Origin: Isurus oxyrinchus
Taxonomy: Eukaryota
Direction: 5' to 3'
Assembly (NCBI GenBank): GCA_026770705.1
Contig: JANJGN010000026.1
Span: forward strand, 25,234,001 to 25,298,000
DNA length: 64,000 nt
This document shows, in pieces, positions 37,561 to 51,002 of the stretch. Both the position numbers and the translations under genes were made by a program. The number at the start of each line of letters is the position of its first letter. Within the stretch, counting starts at the first letter, position 1. The notes below the pieces were generated by a model that worked only from the letters and a program-made list of their open reading frames with translations, was not told where the DNA came from and did no database searches.

Positions 37561-38699
37561 AGTACTCTTTTTAGGTAAGGCCCCCAGGAACCTTCCAGAA
37601 CAAACATTGTTCAAGAGTTTTTTATGTCCTGACAAAGTGTCTCAGAGAGTCTCCCGATGTGAGTCCACTTCACAGGTGCAGCAGCAATGAGCATGAGATG
37701 GTCAGTAGCGAGAGGCCTTTTTAACTGCGCTTGAAATTAACACCAAGATTGTGTTTTTCCCAATCACTTGGACTCTGTTAAGACTGCGCTTTAGTTGAAG
37801 CTTTTACACCAATGCTGTGCAGCTTCTTTAAGGAGAGCCAGCAGACATTTTCACAGCCTCCACAGCGATTCCCAGCTCTGAATTCAATTTCTTTATCAGA
37901 ATTACCTCGTGCTAAACATGGGTTTAACCGGCAATTCAGCTAAAAAACCAACGTTGTCCCAAATTTTACTCTTTGATGCCTGAAGTATTGGTGAAAACCT
38001 GGCCCCCTGCATCACCACCACAAGCCCCCACTCCCGCCCCCACACCCGACCCACAAACACACATGCACTCATACACACCCCCCAACAGCCAACCTGCCCC
38101 CCCACCCCCCCACCCACCCCCCTCTCCCCCCCCCCCCACCCCCGCCGCTACACACACGCTAATTCCCTTCAAATATGTGCACCGATGGAAAATGGCGGGA
38201 AATAACATTAACCCCAAGGGTGATTTATGTTTCGGGGAATTATACTGTAGGTAACGTTGATCCTTCCAGCAATGAGCTGCATCCAAGGACACGGGTAAGT
38301 GAGGTTGAAAATTGCGGAGGCACTGGTTATAATCTCTCAGCCCTCCTTACAGAGCACAGAAGAACCATGGGGCAGAACAATTGCAGGATGTGAGAATCAG
38401 CACAGATTTTAGAAACGATAATTAGGGACAAAATTAACCGCCACCTGGACAAATGTAGATTCGTTAAGGAAAGTCATCACTCTAAGAGGTGGTGGTGGCA
38501 TATTATTATTGTCACTTGACTACTAATCTAGAGACGCAGGATAAAGATTTCGGGACCATGTCAGATGGTTAAATTTGAATGCAATAAAAATCTGGAAATT
38601 AAAATAATCTAATGATCACCAATTGTCGTAAAAACCCATTTTGGTTCCCCAGTTTCATTAAGAGGTAGGAAATCTGTTGTCTTTATCTGCCAATGTCCC

Positions 38700-41380
38700 A
38701 GACATCTCCATCCCTGGGTATGCCCTGCCCCACCGGAGGACAGACCCAGCAGAAGTGGCAGCACAGAGGTATACAGTTGGGAGGAGTTGCAACGTGAGCC
38801 CTCAACATTGAATCCAGACCCCATGAAGCCTCATGGCATCACGTCAAACATGGGCAAGGAAACCTCCTGCTGATTACCACGTATTGCTCTCCTTCAGCTG
38901 TTGAATCAGTGCTCCTCCATGTTGAACATCATTTGGAGGAAGCACTGAGGGTGGCAAGAGCGCAGAAGGTACTCTGGCTGGGGGACTTCAATGTCCGTCA
39001 TGAAGAGTGGCTTGGTGGCACCACTACTGGCCGAGCTGGCCGAGTCCTAAAGGGAATAGTTGCTTGACTGGGTCTGTGGCAGGTAGTGAGGGAAAAACAT
39101 ACTTGATCTCATTCTCACAAACCTGCCTTCCACAGGTGCATCTGAAATCACGGTATTGGTAGGAGTGACTACCGCTCCTTGTGGAGATGACGCCCCATCT
39201 TCACATTGAGGATACCCTCAATCGAGCTGTGTGGCAATACCACCATGCTAACTGGGATAGATTTCGAACATATCTAGCAACTCAAGACTGGGCAGCAATG
39301 CGGTACTGTGAGCCATCAGCAGCAGAAATGTATTCGAGGACAATCTGTAACCCCATGGTCCAGCAGATCTCCCACTTTACCATTATCATCAAGCCATGGG
39401 ATCAGTCTTGATTCAATGATGAGTGTAGGAGATTCCAGGAGCAGCACCAGGCATGCCTAAAAATTAGGTGTCAACCTGCTGAAGCTATAACACAAGACTA
39501 CTTACATGACTTACAGCATAAACAGCAAGTGATAGACAAAGATAAGTAATTTCACAACCATGGATTGGATCTAAGATCTACAGCCCTGCCACATCCAGCC
39601 GTGCATGATGGTGGACAATTAAACAACTCACTGGAGCAGGAGGCCCCTGAAATGACCCCATCATCAATCATGGGGGAGAACAGCACATCAGTGCAAAAGA
39701 TAAGTCTGAACTATTTGCTCCAACCTTCAGCCAGAAATGTCGTGGATGACCTACCTTGGCCTCCTCCAGAGATCTCCAGCATCACAGATGCCATGTCGAT
39801 TCACTCCACCTGATAGCAAAAAACGGCTGAAGGCACTGGACACTGCAAAGGCTATGGGCCCTGACAATATTCTGGCAATAGTACTGAAGACCTGTGCCCC
39901 AGAACTTGCCGCACCCCTAGCCAAGCTGTTCCAATACATCTACAACAGTGGCTTCTACCCGGCAATGTGGAAAATTCCCAGGCAGGAGTAATCCAACCTG
40001 GCCAATTACCGGCCCATCTGTCTACCCTCGACCATCAGTAAAGTAATGGAAGGGGTCATCAACAGTGCTATCAAGCGGCACTTCCTTAGCAATAACCTGC
40101 TCTCTGACGCCCAGTTTGACACCACCAGGGCCACTCAGCTCCGGACCTCATTACAGTTGGTTCAAACATGGGCAAAAGAGCTGAAGGTGAGGTGAGAATG
40201 ACTGCTCTTGACATCAAGGCAGAATTTCAAAGACTGTGGCATCAAGGAGACCCCGCAAAACTGAAGTCAATGAGAATAAGGAGGAAAGCTCTGCTGGTTG
40301 GAGTCATACCTAGCACAAAGGAAGATAGTTGTGGATGTTGGAGGTCAGTTATCTCAACTCCAGAACACTGCTGGAGGAGTTCCTCAAGGTAGTGTCCTAG
40401 GCCCAACCATCTTCAGCTGCTTCAACAATGACCTTCCGTCCATAATAAGGTCAGAAGTGAGGATGTTAGCTGATGCTTGCACAATGTTTAGTACTATTCA
40501 CGACTCCTCAGAAACTGATGCAGTCAATGTCCAAATGCAGCAAGACCTGGAAAATACCCAGGCTTGGCTGACCAATGCTGATGACTAGTCTTCCAGAAGT
40601 AACATTCGTGCCACACACGTGCCAGGCAATGACTATGTCCAACAAGAGAGAATCTAACCATCGCCCTTTGACATTCAATATCATCACTATTGCTGAATCC
40701 CCCATTTTAAACATCCTGGGGGTTACCACTCACCAGAAACTGAACTGAAATAATCATATAAATACCTGAGGCTAAAAGAGCAATTCAGAGGCCGGGAATC
40801 AGGCGGTGAGTAACTCACCTCCTGACTCCCCAAGCCTGTCCACAATCTACAAGGCATAAGTCAGACGTGTGGTGGAATATTCTCCACTTGCCTGGATGAG
40901 CGCAGCTCCAACAACACTCAACAGGTTTGACACTATCCAGGACCAAACAGCCTGCTCGATTGACACCCCATCTATCAACATGCACTCCCTCCACCTCCGA
41001 CACACAGTAGCAGCAATGTGTACCATCTACAAGATGTACTGTAGGAATTCACCGAGGTTCCTTCACCAGCACCTCCCAAATGCACGACCACTACCTTCTA
41101 GAAGGACAAGGGCAGCAGGCACATGGGAACACCACCACCTGGAAGTTCCCCTCCAAGTCACTCGCCACCCTGACTTGGAAATATATTTCAATTCCTTCAT
41201 TGTCGCTGGGTCAAGATCCTGGAACTCCCTTCCTGACAGCACTGTGGGTGCACCCACACCACATGGGCTGCAGTGGTTCAAGAAGGCAGTTCGCCACCAC
41301 CTTCTCAAGGGCAATTAGGAATGGGAAATGAATGCTGGCCGAACTAATGAAGCCTTCATTCCTTGAATGAATTACAAAAA
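38700..41380 (+). mobile_element. Decayed L2/CR1-group LINE, most of ORF2
   Basis: AP-endonuclease LGDFNV (~38980), KAMGPDNI, ANYRPICL, GVPQGSVLGP, LADA (for FADD), and 3' tail; many stops and frameshifts. Confidence 0.88.
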
Positions 41381-41389
41381 AATAACAGT

Positions 41390-42380
41390 GTTAAGCCCGT
41401 TTGATACTTAACTAAATTGCATGAGTTATTTGATGAGGTAACAGAGAGGGTTGATGAGGTGAATGCAGTTCGATTAAATGCCAAATAAAAGTCTTGGCAA
41501 CAAAGTTAGAGCCCGTGGAATAAAAGGTACAGTAGGAGCATGGATGCGAAATTATCTGAGCAGCAGGAAACATAGTGATGAACGACTGTTCCTCGGGGCT
41601 GGAGGAAAGTATATAGTCAGATTCCCCATGGATCGGTGTTAGGATCCTTACTTTTTCAATTTATATCAATGATCTAGACTTGAGTTTACAGGGAACAATT
41701 TCAGAATTTGCGGATGACACCTAATTTGGATGTATTGCAAACCATGAGGAGATGGTGAGAAGCTTAAAAAGCACATTAACAGACTGTGGAACGGGCGGCC
41801 AAGTGGGACGTGCAAGTAATTGAGAAAAGTATGAAATGATTCTTTTTATACTAAGAGCGAAAAGAGGCAACATGAAAACAAGGGTCCGGTTGGAAAGGGG
41901 ATGCAGGAGCAGAGGAGCTTTTGAGACTATGTGAATAAATAATTGAAAAGCTTTGAGGAGACTGAGACAGCAGCTACTAAATATAAAGCAGGCCGGGCTT
42001 CATAAATAGGATATAAAGGATACAAACCAGGAAATTATGATAGATCTGTGCAAAAGACTTGGCCTCAGCTGGAGTATTATGTGTCGTTTTGGCCATCGCA
42101 CTTTCGGGTGGAAGTGAAGGTATGAGAGAGGGTGCAGAAAACACTCATGGGAATGATTCCAGTGAAATGAATTTCAGTTCCGTGGGTGGTTGCTCTCTAT
42201 GGAGAAGAGGAGATTAGGTGGAGATTTGATATATTTGTTAGGACAATGTACGTAAGGAAGGATTGAGAATGAGAGGACTCCAATACGAGGCGATTGGTAA
42301 AAGATACAAGAGCGACATGATGGAAATCTTTTTCTATGGACTGAGTAATTCATATCTGGAATGCACAGCCTGAGTGTTCA
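41390..42380 (+). mobile_element. CR1 RT fragment
   Basis: GSVLG..IYINDL..FADDT (~41708) and LERVQK motifs. Confidence 0.8.
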
Positions 42381-42469
42381 ACTAGGCAATGTCGACGGAG
42401 CTTAAATTCTAGCCCCATGCTGCACCTGTCCTGGGAGTGTTTGATGGGACAGTACACCCGGTCTCGATA

Positions 42470-43200
42470 TTGCACTCAACTGTGACCATGTCCCTGTTTA
42501 TATTACACCAGGCCCTGTCCCTGTTCACATTAAACTCGACATGTCTCTATTTATATTGCACCAGACGCTGTCTCTGTTTATATTACACAATGCTCTCTCC
42601 CTGTTTATATGACACTCAACATGTACCTGTTTATATTATACTCGACATATCTCTGTTTGTATTGCAATAGATGCTGTCTCTGTTCATATTGCACTAGGGC
42701 CAGTCCCTGTTTATATGACACTCAACATGTATCTGTTTACACTGCAGTAGACCCTGTTTCTGCTTATATTACATTGACCCCATGTCTCGATTAATATTAC
42801 ATTAGACCCTGTCTCTGTTTATATTACACCAACTTCTCACTCTGTTTGTATTACACTAGGCCCAGTCCCTGTTTATATTACATTTCATATTTCTTTGTTC
42901 ATATTACACTCGACATTTTCTCTGTTTATATAATACTCGACATGTCTCTTTTTTTTTGGACTAGACGCTGTCGTTTTTTATATTAAACTGGACCTTGTAT
43001 GTTTATATTACACTGGACCCTGTTTCTTTTTATATTACTCTAGACCCTGCCTTTGCTTCTATTAAACAAGATCCTGTCTGTGTTTATATTATACTTGACA
43101 TGTCTCTGTATATATTGATCTAGAACTGTTTCTGTATTTCAGTAGATGCTGCCTCAGTTCTGTACTAGGTCATATTTAAATTACATTAGGCCCTGCCTCA
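42470..43200. repeat. ~29-30 bp minisatellite
   Basis: Tandem CCCTGT(C)TCTGTTTATATTACACTAGA-like units; inverted remnants at ~43470-43620, 46490-46690 and 47420-47510. Confidence 0.85.
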
Positions 43201-43649
43201 GTTATTCCTGCACTGCACAAGTGCAATAACGTGGAAATTGGTTGGGGTAGAAATAGTGAAGAGAATATAGCAAGATGGTGGGAACGGTAAGGATGCAAAA
43301 ATTCTTTGGGGAACAGTTATCATGGGGGCCTGTTTAGATGTGGTGACTTGCCCTCCCTTGCATCCCAGATTTGTGTTCATAAACCACAGATCTCTCTTAT
43401 CTTGCTGCTGTTTAAATTGAACAGTTTAACTCCTATTTCTAGGGCCTCGTGCAAGAAAGTAAGGGAATATACTAATGTAATATAAACAGAGGACAATTAC
43501 ATAAATAACTGAGACGGGACCTCGTGTTACAGAAGCAGAATCATGGACTAGAGCAGTAACAATATGGCAGGCCCAGTATAGCATGAATAGAGAAATGGTG
43601 GAGTGCAGCAATATTGATACAAGTTGCCCTAAAGTCCCGCAGAACCAGA

Positions 43650-46030
43650 TAAGATATGGGTGGAGATCCCTCCTTGTGATTACCACCTACTCCCCTTCCT
43701 CAGCTGATGAATCTGTGCAGCTTCATTTTTAGCACTACTTGGAAGAAACACTGAGGGTAGCAGGGGCAACGAATGTCCCGCGAATTTCCAAAATCAATGA
43801 CCATTTGACAAGACCACTAGTGACCGAGCTGGATGAGTCCTGTATGACGTAGCTGCCACACTGGACCTGTCAAAGATGGTGATAGAGCCAACATGATAGA
43901 AAATCCTATCCCATCTCGTGCCCATCACACTATTGATATAAGTGACAGTGACACCTGCACTGTCCTTGTTGAAAACAAGGCCGGTATTCACACTGAGCAC
44001 ATTCTCTACTGTGTTGTGCTGCACTGCCCCTGTGCTAAACAGGATACATTCAGAACAGATCTAGCAGCTCAAAACTTGGCATCAACGAGATGCTGTTGGC
44101 CATCAGCAGCAGAATAATTGCATTCAATCCCAACTGTGATTCATGGACCACAATATCCCTCACTCACACCTTGGTGTGCCTATCCACAGCCCCCTGAAAG
44201 TAGCAGGGTAGGTAGATGAGGTGGGTAAGAAGGCATACGGGATACTTGCCTTTATTAGCTGAGGCATAGAGTACAAGAGCAGGGAGGTTATGCTGGAGCT
44301 GTATAACACGTTGGTTAGGCCATAACTGGAGTACTGCATGCAGTTCTGGCCACCACATGATAGGAAGGATGTGATTGCACTGGAGAGAGCACAGAGGGGA
44401 TTTACCAGGATGCTGCCTGGGCTGGAGGGTCTGAGCTATGAGGTTGTTTTCCTTGGAGCAACAAAAGTTGAAAGGGGACCTGCTAGAGGTGTAAAGGATT
44501 ATGAGGGGCATAGATAGGGTGGATAGGAAGGCCTTAGTAGAGTGGCCAATAAACAAGGGGCAGAGATTTAAGTTAAGAGATAGTAGGCTAAGAGGAGAGT
44601 TGAGGAGATTTTTCTTCACCCAGAGAGTGGTAGGAATCTGGGACTTACTGCCTAAAAGGGTGGTTGAGTCAGAAACTCTCATATTTAAATGTTCACTTGA
44701 ACTGCCATAGCCTCCAATACCATAGGCCAAGCATAGGAAAATGGGATTATTATCGTCAGATCTTTGTTGACCGTGCGTAAATGATGGGCCGAATGGCCTC
44801 CTTCTGTGCTGTACACGTCTATGAATCCATGATTCTAACATCCAGCCTGGGGACAATGAGGAATGTAGAACAGCAGGTTAAAAACAAAACTAGGCAGACC
44901 GGAAAATAATGAACCATAGTCTGAATCTAGAACAATGTACATAATGGAAAACAGGTCAAATCTGTCCCCTTGCTACTCAATCAGTCTACTTTTGATCATC
45001 AGACTTGCTCACCAAAGCTCAGGCTGGATCAGCCTGGATCAGCGAGCTTCAAATCTTATTTTAAACTTGGTCTGAACATGGGCAAGAGAGTGAAATTCCA
45101 GAGATGATGTGTGAGTGCTTTAGTACTTAGTGTCAAAGCAGCGCTTGACTGAGTGTGGCATCAAGAAGCCTTGGGAAGAGTCACGTCAATGGGAATCAGG
45201 TGGAAGTCCCTCCCTTGGTTGAAGTCACACCAGGCGCACAGATGCTGTTTTGTTGGAGACCAATCATCTCAGCACCAGAACATGGTTCGAGGAGTCACTC
45301 AGAGAAGTGTCCTTGACCCAGCCATCTTCAGCTGCTTCATCAATGACCTTGCCTTCATCCCTGGGTCAAGAATGGGGATGTTCGCTCATACTTGCACTGT
45401 GTTCAGTTCAATTTATGATCTCTCAGATAATGAAACCGTCCTTACTTGTTGCAACCCGAACTGGACAAAATTCATGTTTGAGCTGATAAGTTGCAAGTGA
45501 TATAAGCAACACACAAGCGCTAGGCAATGACCAACTCCAACAATAAAGAAACCAATCATCCCTCCTCAAAGTTCAAAAGGCATTCCCGCCGCTGAAACCC
45601 ACCATCAACGTCGTGTAGGTACTACTGAACAGAAACTGAACTCGACCAGACATATAAATACTGTGGCTACAAGGGTAGGTCAGAGGCTAGGGTTTCTGTT
45701 GTGAGTAACTCACCTCCGGGCTCCTCGAATCCTTTCCACCACCTGCAAGTCTGCAAGTCAGATGTCTGTTGGAAATAGTTTACTTTCCTGGACAAATGTA
45801 ACTGCAGCAACACTCAAGAATCTCCACACCAACCAGGGGAAATCAAGCCCTTGATAGGCACCTCATTCAGGAGTTAAACATTCATTCCATTCACCACAGA
45901 CACACAGTGGCTGCAGACTGTACCATCCACAAGACGCACTGCAGCAACTCGCCAAGGCCCCTTCAACAGCACCTTCCATACCTGTGACTCCACCTCCCAG
46001 AATAACAAAGGCAGCAAGCACATGGGAACA
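43650..46030 (+). mobile_element. Nested LINE fragments (L2/CR1-group element interrupted by a CR1 3' fragment at ~44190-44820)
   Basis: Flanks homologous to 38870-41150; insert reads VRP*LEYCMQFW..ALERAQRGFTRMLPG..FFTQRVVGIW. Confidence 0.75.
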
Positions 46031-46299
46031 CAATGCCCTGCTTCCTCCAACACATACAACTCTATAGGTGGGAAATTGGTCTTGGGCACTGGTAAAGGAG
46101 AAGCAATATCTGAAATCTAATTCTGCTCACTGCGCTGAAGGTGAATATCAAGTGCTGCGTAGCATGTACGGCCAATCTGTTACTGTCCATTTCAGGCTAC
46201 TGCCAAATACCGATTTCTCGCCTAACATCTTTATTTATAATATTACCTCTCATCTCACAGAAACATGGAGTAATGCAGCCATAATTGAAGCAGAGGCAT

Positions 46300-46440
46300 A
46301 GATAAAAGCTAAACATTGCGGATGCTGGAAATCTGAAATAAAAACAGAAAATGCTGGACAAACTCAACAGGTCTGACAACACCTATGGAGAGAAAAACAG
46401 AGTTAACGTTTCGAGCCCGTATGATTCTTCTTCAGAAACA
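46300..46440 (-). mobile_element. Penelope-like terminal fragment with minimal hammerhead-like core
   Basis: Minus strand CTGAAGA-AGAATCATACGGGCTC-GAAAC-GTTA (46435-46404). Confidence 0.65.
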
Positions 46441-46714
46441 TAGTCTAGCGCCCTAGTTAAAATGTCCAGGTCTGGGAAATATAGACATAGTCAAGATGTA
46501 ATACAATATGAACCGAGACAGGGCCTAATATAATATAAACGGAGACAGGGTCCAGTGCAATGAAAACTGTGATGGATTCCAGTGGAACATCAACGAGATA
46601 GGGTCTATTTTAATACAAACAGAGGCCTGACCAGCACAATAGAAATTAAGTAATTCCCAGGACATTAAAATCGAACCAGGACCCTGTATAACATGGGAGG
46701 GACGATCGTGCAGT

Positions 46715-47230
46715 GGGAACGTCACTGAATTAGTAACCCAGAGATCCAGGCCTTTCCTGGGGATAGGGGTTTGAATCCTGTTATGACAGCATGTGGAATC
46801 CAAATTCAATTAATAAATCTGGAATTAAAAGTTCGTCTCAATAATGGTGACCATGAAACTATAATTGATTATATTAAACATCCATCTGGTTCACCGATGT
46901 CCTTTAGAGAAGAAAATCGGCCGTCCTTACCCAGTGTGGCCGACATTTGTTCATGGGAACGTGGGCGGCACTGGCTAGGCCAGCATTTATTGTCCATCCT
47001 TAATTTCCCTTGAGAACAGTGTGGCTTATTAGGCTATTTAAGAGTCAACCACATTGCTGTAGGTCTGCAGTTACATTCAGTCCAGACCAGGTGGCATTAG
47101 TGTGACCCAGATGGTTTCTTGGTCATCAATAGATTTGTGAAATCAAATTTCATCATCAGCCGTGGTGGGATTCAAGCACAGATCCCAAGCGACTTACCAG
47201 CCCAGTGAGAATACCACTACCGCCGCTTCC
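46715..47230. mobile_element. Two opposed Deu-like SINE fragments
   Basis: Plus copy ~46715-46945 and minus copy ~46950-47230, homologous to 7160-7500. Confidence 0.6.
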
Positions 47231-47979
47231 CACACAGAAAACTCCAGACCCACAATTTTATGCAGCCCCATTCTCCGTCCATTTGTTTAATTGCCCACCA
47301 CTATTAACGACTGGATGTGACAGGACTGCAGAGGTAAAATCCAATCCCTTGATTGTGGCATCTTCCAGACTTTGATATAAATATTGGTATTGACTGGTGC
47401 AGTACTAATTGAAAGGTATAATGAAATATAAACAGAGACAGTGTTTGGTCTAACATAAAAATAGATGGAGTTCAATTTAAAAAGACAGAGACAGGCTCCA
47501 GTGCAGTATTAATTGCGACAATACCTGCTTCATAGAATGTATCCAACAAGATTTCAAATCCATCTGCTGGCCAAACCTTGCAATTGCAGCTACTGTGAAA
47601 ATGTCGCTGTCATATTAGATCTTTGACATTATTGTATGAAGAATCCACTTCCCCAGATGTAATACCACATTGCCTTCTGTGGGAGGTGTCAAAATTTAAC
47701 AAAATTCAACTAATTGCAGATGAACATGGTTGATTAGCGCACATTAAAGTCAGTACCAGAGTAAAGCGGCCTAATTCCTGGTGATGTATCTTTGTTCACC
47801 TTGATTAAAGGGAGGGCGTTGATCAGGGCGCTGTATAGAGATGGCGGGAACTTTAACGTCCACCTCAACAAACATAGTGTTGGGGACAGGTTATTGGTTT
47901 ATGATACCACCTGAAAGACAGTTAAGGTCATTTTCTTCGACGGAGACTCCCAGGATGTTAAGGTGGGATCTCAAGTTGA

Positions 47980-49570
47980 AGCACAAGATGCCATCTGTGG
48001 CCTGTGTCTGTGTGTGTGTGAGGGAGAGGGAAAACTGAATTTCATGAAGATCCTGGACAACCTTCCATCTATGAAAGGTCACAGACACACAATGGAAACA
48101 GATCCATTTCAAATGTGCTGGTGGCTGAGGAGGCCAATTGTTGTGAGGCAGGTTCTGCCGGAAGTGCTGCACATGAAGGTACAAAATGTCGTTGTGAGTT
48201 GTTTTTTTCCGGCGTTGGCCTCGATTGCCAAACCGCTGTAGCTGCTGGTCATCACGGTGTTTCACACCAACCCACTGGAGGTGTCGCCATTTTCCTCAGT
48301 CGTCAGTTAGTTACACTCAGTTGTGATGACAGGGCCCTCACTTCAAGCATCCTTGAAGCGGAGCTTTGGGCGTCTGACTGGTTGTCTGCCTCCGGCTCCC
48401 TCACCATACAGAAAGTCCTTGTGCATGTGACCATCTTCCATCCTGTGGACGTTCCCAAACCACCAGCACCACCTCTGTTTCATGAGCTCTGCAGTCTTGA
48501 GAGCTCTGCCTTTGAGAGTACCGCTGCATTCGTGACTTTATCCTGCCAGTATATACCCATAATGCGCAGCAGGCAATGCAGATGGAAATTGTGAAGCTTC
48601 TTCCCTTGATAACTGTAAGTCGTCCATGTTTCACAGCCATACAGCAAGGTGCTGAGAACACAGGCTTTATAAACCATTAGCTTAGTCCTCAGGGTCAGTT
48701 TGATGTTATTCCAGGGGCGTTTCCTGTGTCACCCAAAGGTGTAAGTTACTTTTCCCATGCGGGTATCAAGTTCTGCATTAAGGAACAGGCTGCCTGTCAC
48801 CGTGGAACACAGGTGGCAGAATTTTCTTCCATTCGGGTGTTATTTAGTGTTATCAATGGCGGAAATGCAACACCTTGTCCTATGACTCATGGTTTTTCCC
48901 ATGTTTATAGTCAGGAAGAACAAGTTACAGGCATGGGAGAGTCAGTTCGTCAGTCTTTGTGGTTGAGTTTCCGCTTTGATGACAGGGTTATCAGTGTGGA
49001 GGAATTCTCTGATCAGGATGCGATGTGTTTATGTCTTCTCTTTCATCCTTATAGATTGTAGAGCTTGCCGTCTGACTGAGTTTGTAAGTCGACTCCTTTC
49101 ATATCTACAGGGAAGGCAAAGATCAGCATCATGGGGAAGAAGATGCCAAACCGAGTGGGGCAAGGAAATAGACCTGCTTCACTCCGTTCTTTATTCCGAA
49201 TCTGTCGGAAGTGGAATAATCGATCTGTACAGTGCAGTGCATATTGTCATGGAAGGAGTGAACGAGACTAGGGAGCTTTGGTGAACAGCCAATTTTCCCC
49301 AAATTCTTGTAGAGTCCTGTTTTGCTGACGGTGCCGAGCGCATGGAGCAGATCATGTCTAGAGTATACCTTCCGACACAAACACCGCACAATGCTTGGGC
49401 CTGCAAGTAGATGAAGTATTTAAAGTATGACCCGAGCAAAGGCTTTCCTCGTGACTCTATGAGTGAGATATCTCTGTTGTTGTTGCAGTCTCTTCTGTCG
49501 ACTTTATTTTCAGGTAGTGTGATGATTTTTGCATTTTTCACCTCCTGTGGAACGGATCTTATCTTTCAGC
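47980..49570 (-). mobile_element. RTE-clade LINE RT fragment
   Basis: DCNNNRDISL, FGIKNGVKQ..LAP, VYKACVLSTLLYGCETWTTY and FHLHCLLRIMGIYWQDKVTN motifs. Confidence 0.85.
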
Positions 49571-50599
49571 AGAGAAGAAGGTCGTAAAAGCTGAGAAAGA
49601 TAATAATCATATACACCAATTATTACCAATTCACAAATGTAAATAATTGTACTCACGAATTATCAACAATTCACAAAAATAAATAATTATATTCACCAGT
49701 TGGCATCAATTCACAAAGATAAATAATTATATTCACCAACTATTTTCAGCATTATATTTCATATAAAATGTAATTTCGGCTCATATAATATCATTAACAT
49801 TAATTGAGCTCACACTGACCATTCTGTCAGCAAGGAATCACATCTGTCCCAGAATTCAGTGGGAAATTGAATTAAATCAGACCGAGGAAATGAGCAGCTA
49901 CCCAGCAGCCTCTTCGCCTTATTGACAAGTAACCAGCTCATCATCACACAGAAGCTCCTGATGTATGAATGGAGTGAGTGAGGATTTGTAAAATGATGGC
50001 ATAAACGAAACTATCTGGACCGAACGTTAAGTTAATAAATAGTTAAAATCAGGTTTGTTATTTTCATCGTTTGGTAGGTAATGGAACATTTGCGGCTCTC
50101 CGGTAAGTTTCACATTATTTCTGTTTCCACGGTAATAATGCTTAACCTGTTGCCTTCACTAATTTTGCTGAGGTTATGTTGAATGTTTTGTTGGACATGA
50201 AAGGACCACATGTACCAAGTATTACAACCCTCCACCCTAAACAGAATGATGCACCCTCTTTCTGGCTGAAAGATGATGATCCCCCATCAGCAGGGAAGAA
50301 TTATCAATACCGCAGGGACATCTCCAGCCTTCTCTTGGTGACGTTCAGCTCGTTAGTTCCCGATAGCCTGGGGATGTAATTCATCCAGAAAATCTGGAAG
50401 AACTGAAGGGATTAGACTGACAGAAATGAAATACAGAGCTTGCTTCAAGATATGAAGTAGTCAAGCACAAAGATGAGAATGGAGGACAGCATCTTTCAGG
50501 CGCATCGATCAAGCCATTCATTGAATCCTTAATTAAAATATTCAGGCACCCATCTATCATTGATTCCTGCATCACTGCAGTCATCCCTCTATTACTTGG

Positions 50600-51002
50600 C
50601 AGGCAGTAGTATTGTATTAATATCACTGGACTATTAATCCAGAGGCCCAAGCTATTCTCTTCGGGGCTCGAATTCAAATCCCACAATGGCAGCCAGTGGA
50701 ATTTAAATTCAATAATAAATCTGGGATTTAAAATTGGTCCCAGTGAAGGGAACCGTGAAGCTATCATCGATTGTGGAAAAAACTCATCTGGTTCACTCAT
50801 GTCCTTTTGGGAAAGGAAACCTGCCACCGTACCTGGACTGGCCTACCTGTGACTCCAGATCAACAGCAATATGGTGGACTCTAACTGCCCTATGAAATGG
50901 CTTAGCCAGGCACTCAGTTCCAGGGCAATTCGGGGCAGGCAACAAATGCTGGCCTTGCCAATGACTCCCACATCCCGTGAAAGTGTAAAGTAGCAAAAAA
51001 AA
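50600..51002 (+). mobile_element. Near full-length Deu-like SINE
   Basis: Homologous to 7160-7500, with an A tail. Confidence 0.72.

Noticed and set aside
42470-43200. CRISPR-like array
   Set aside because: Tandem degenerate minisatellite without unique spacers, in a vertebrate genome.
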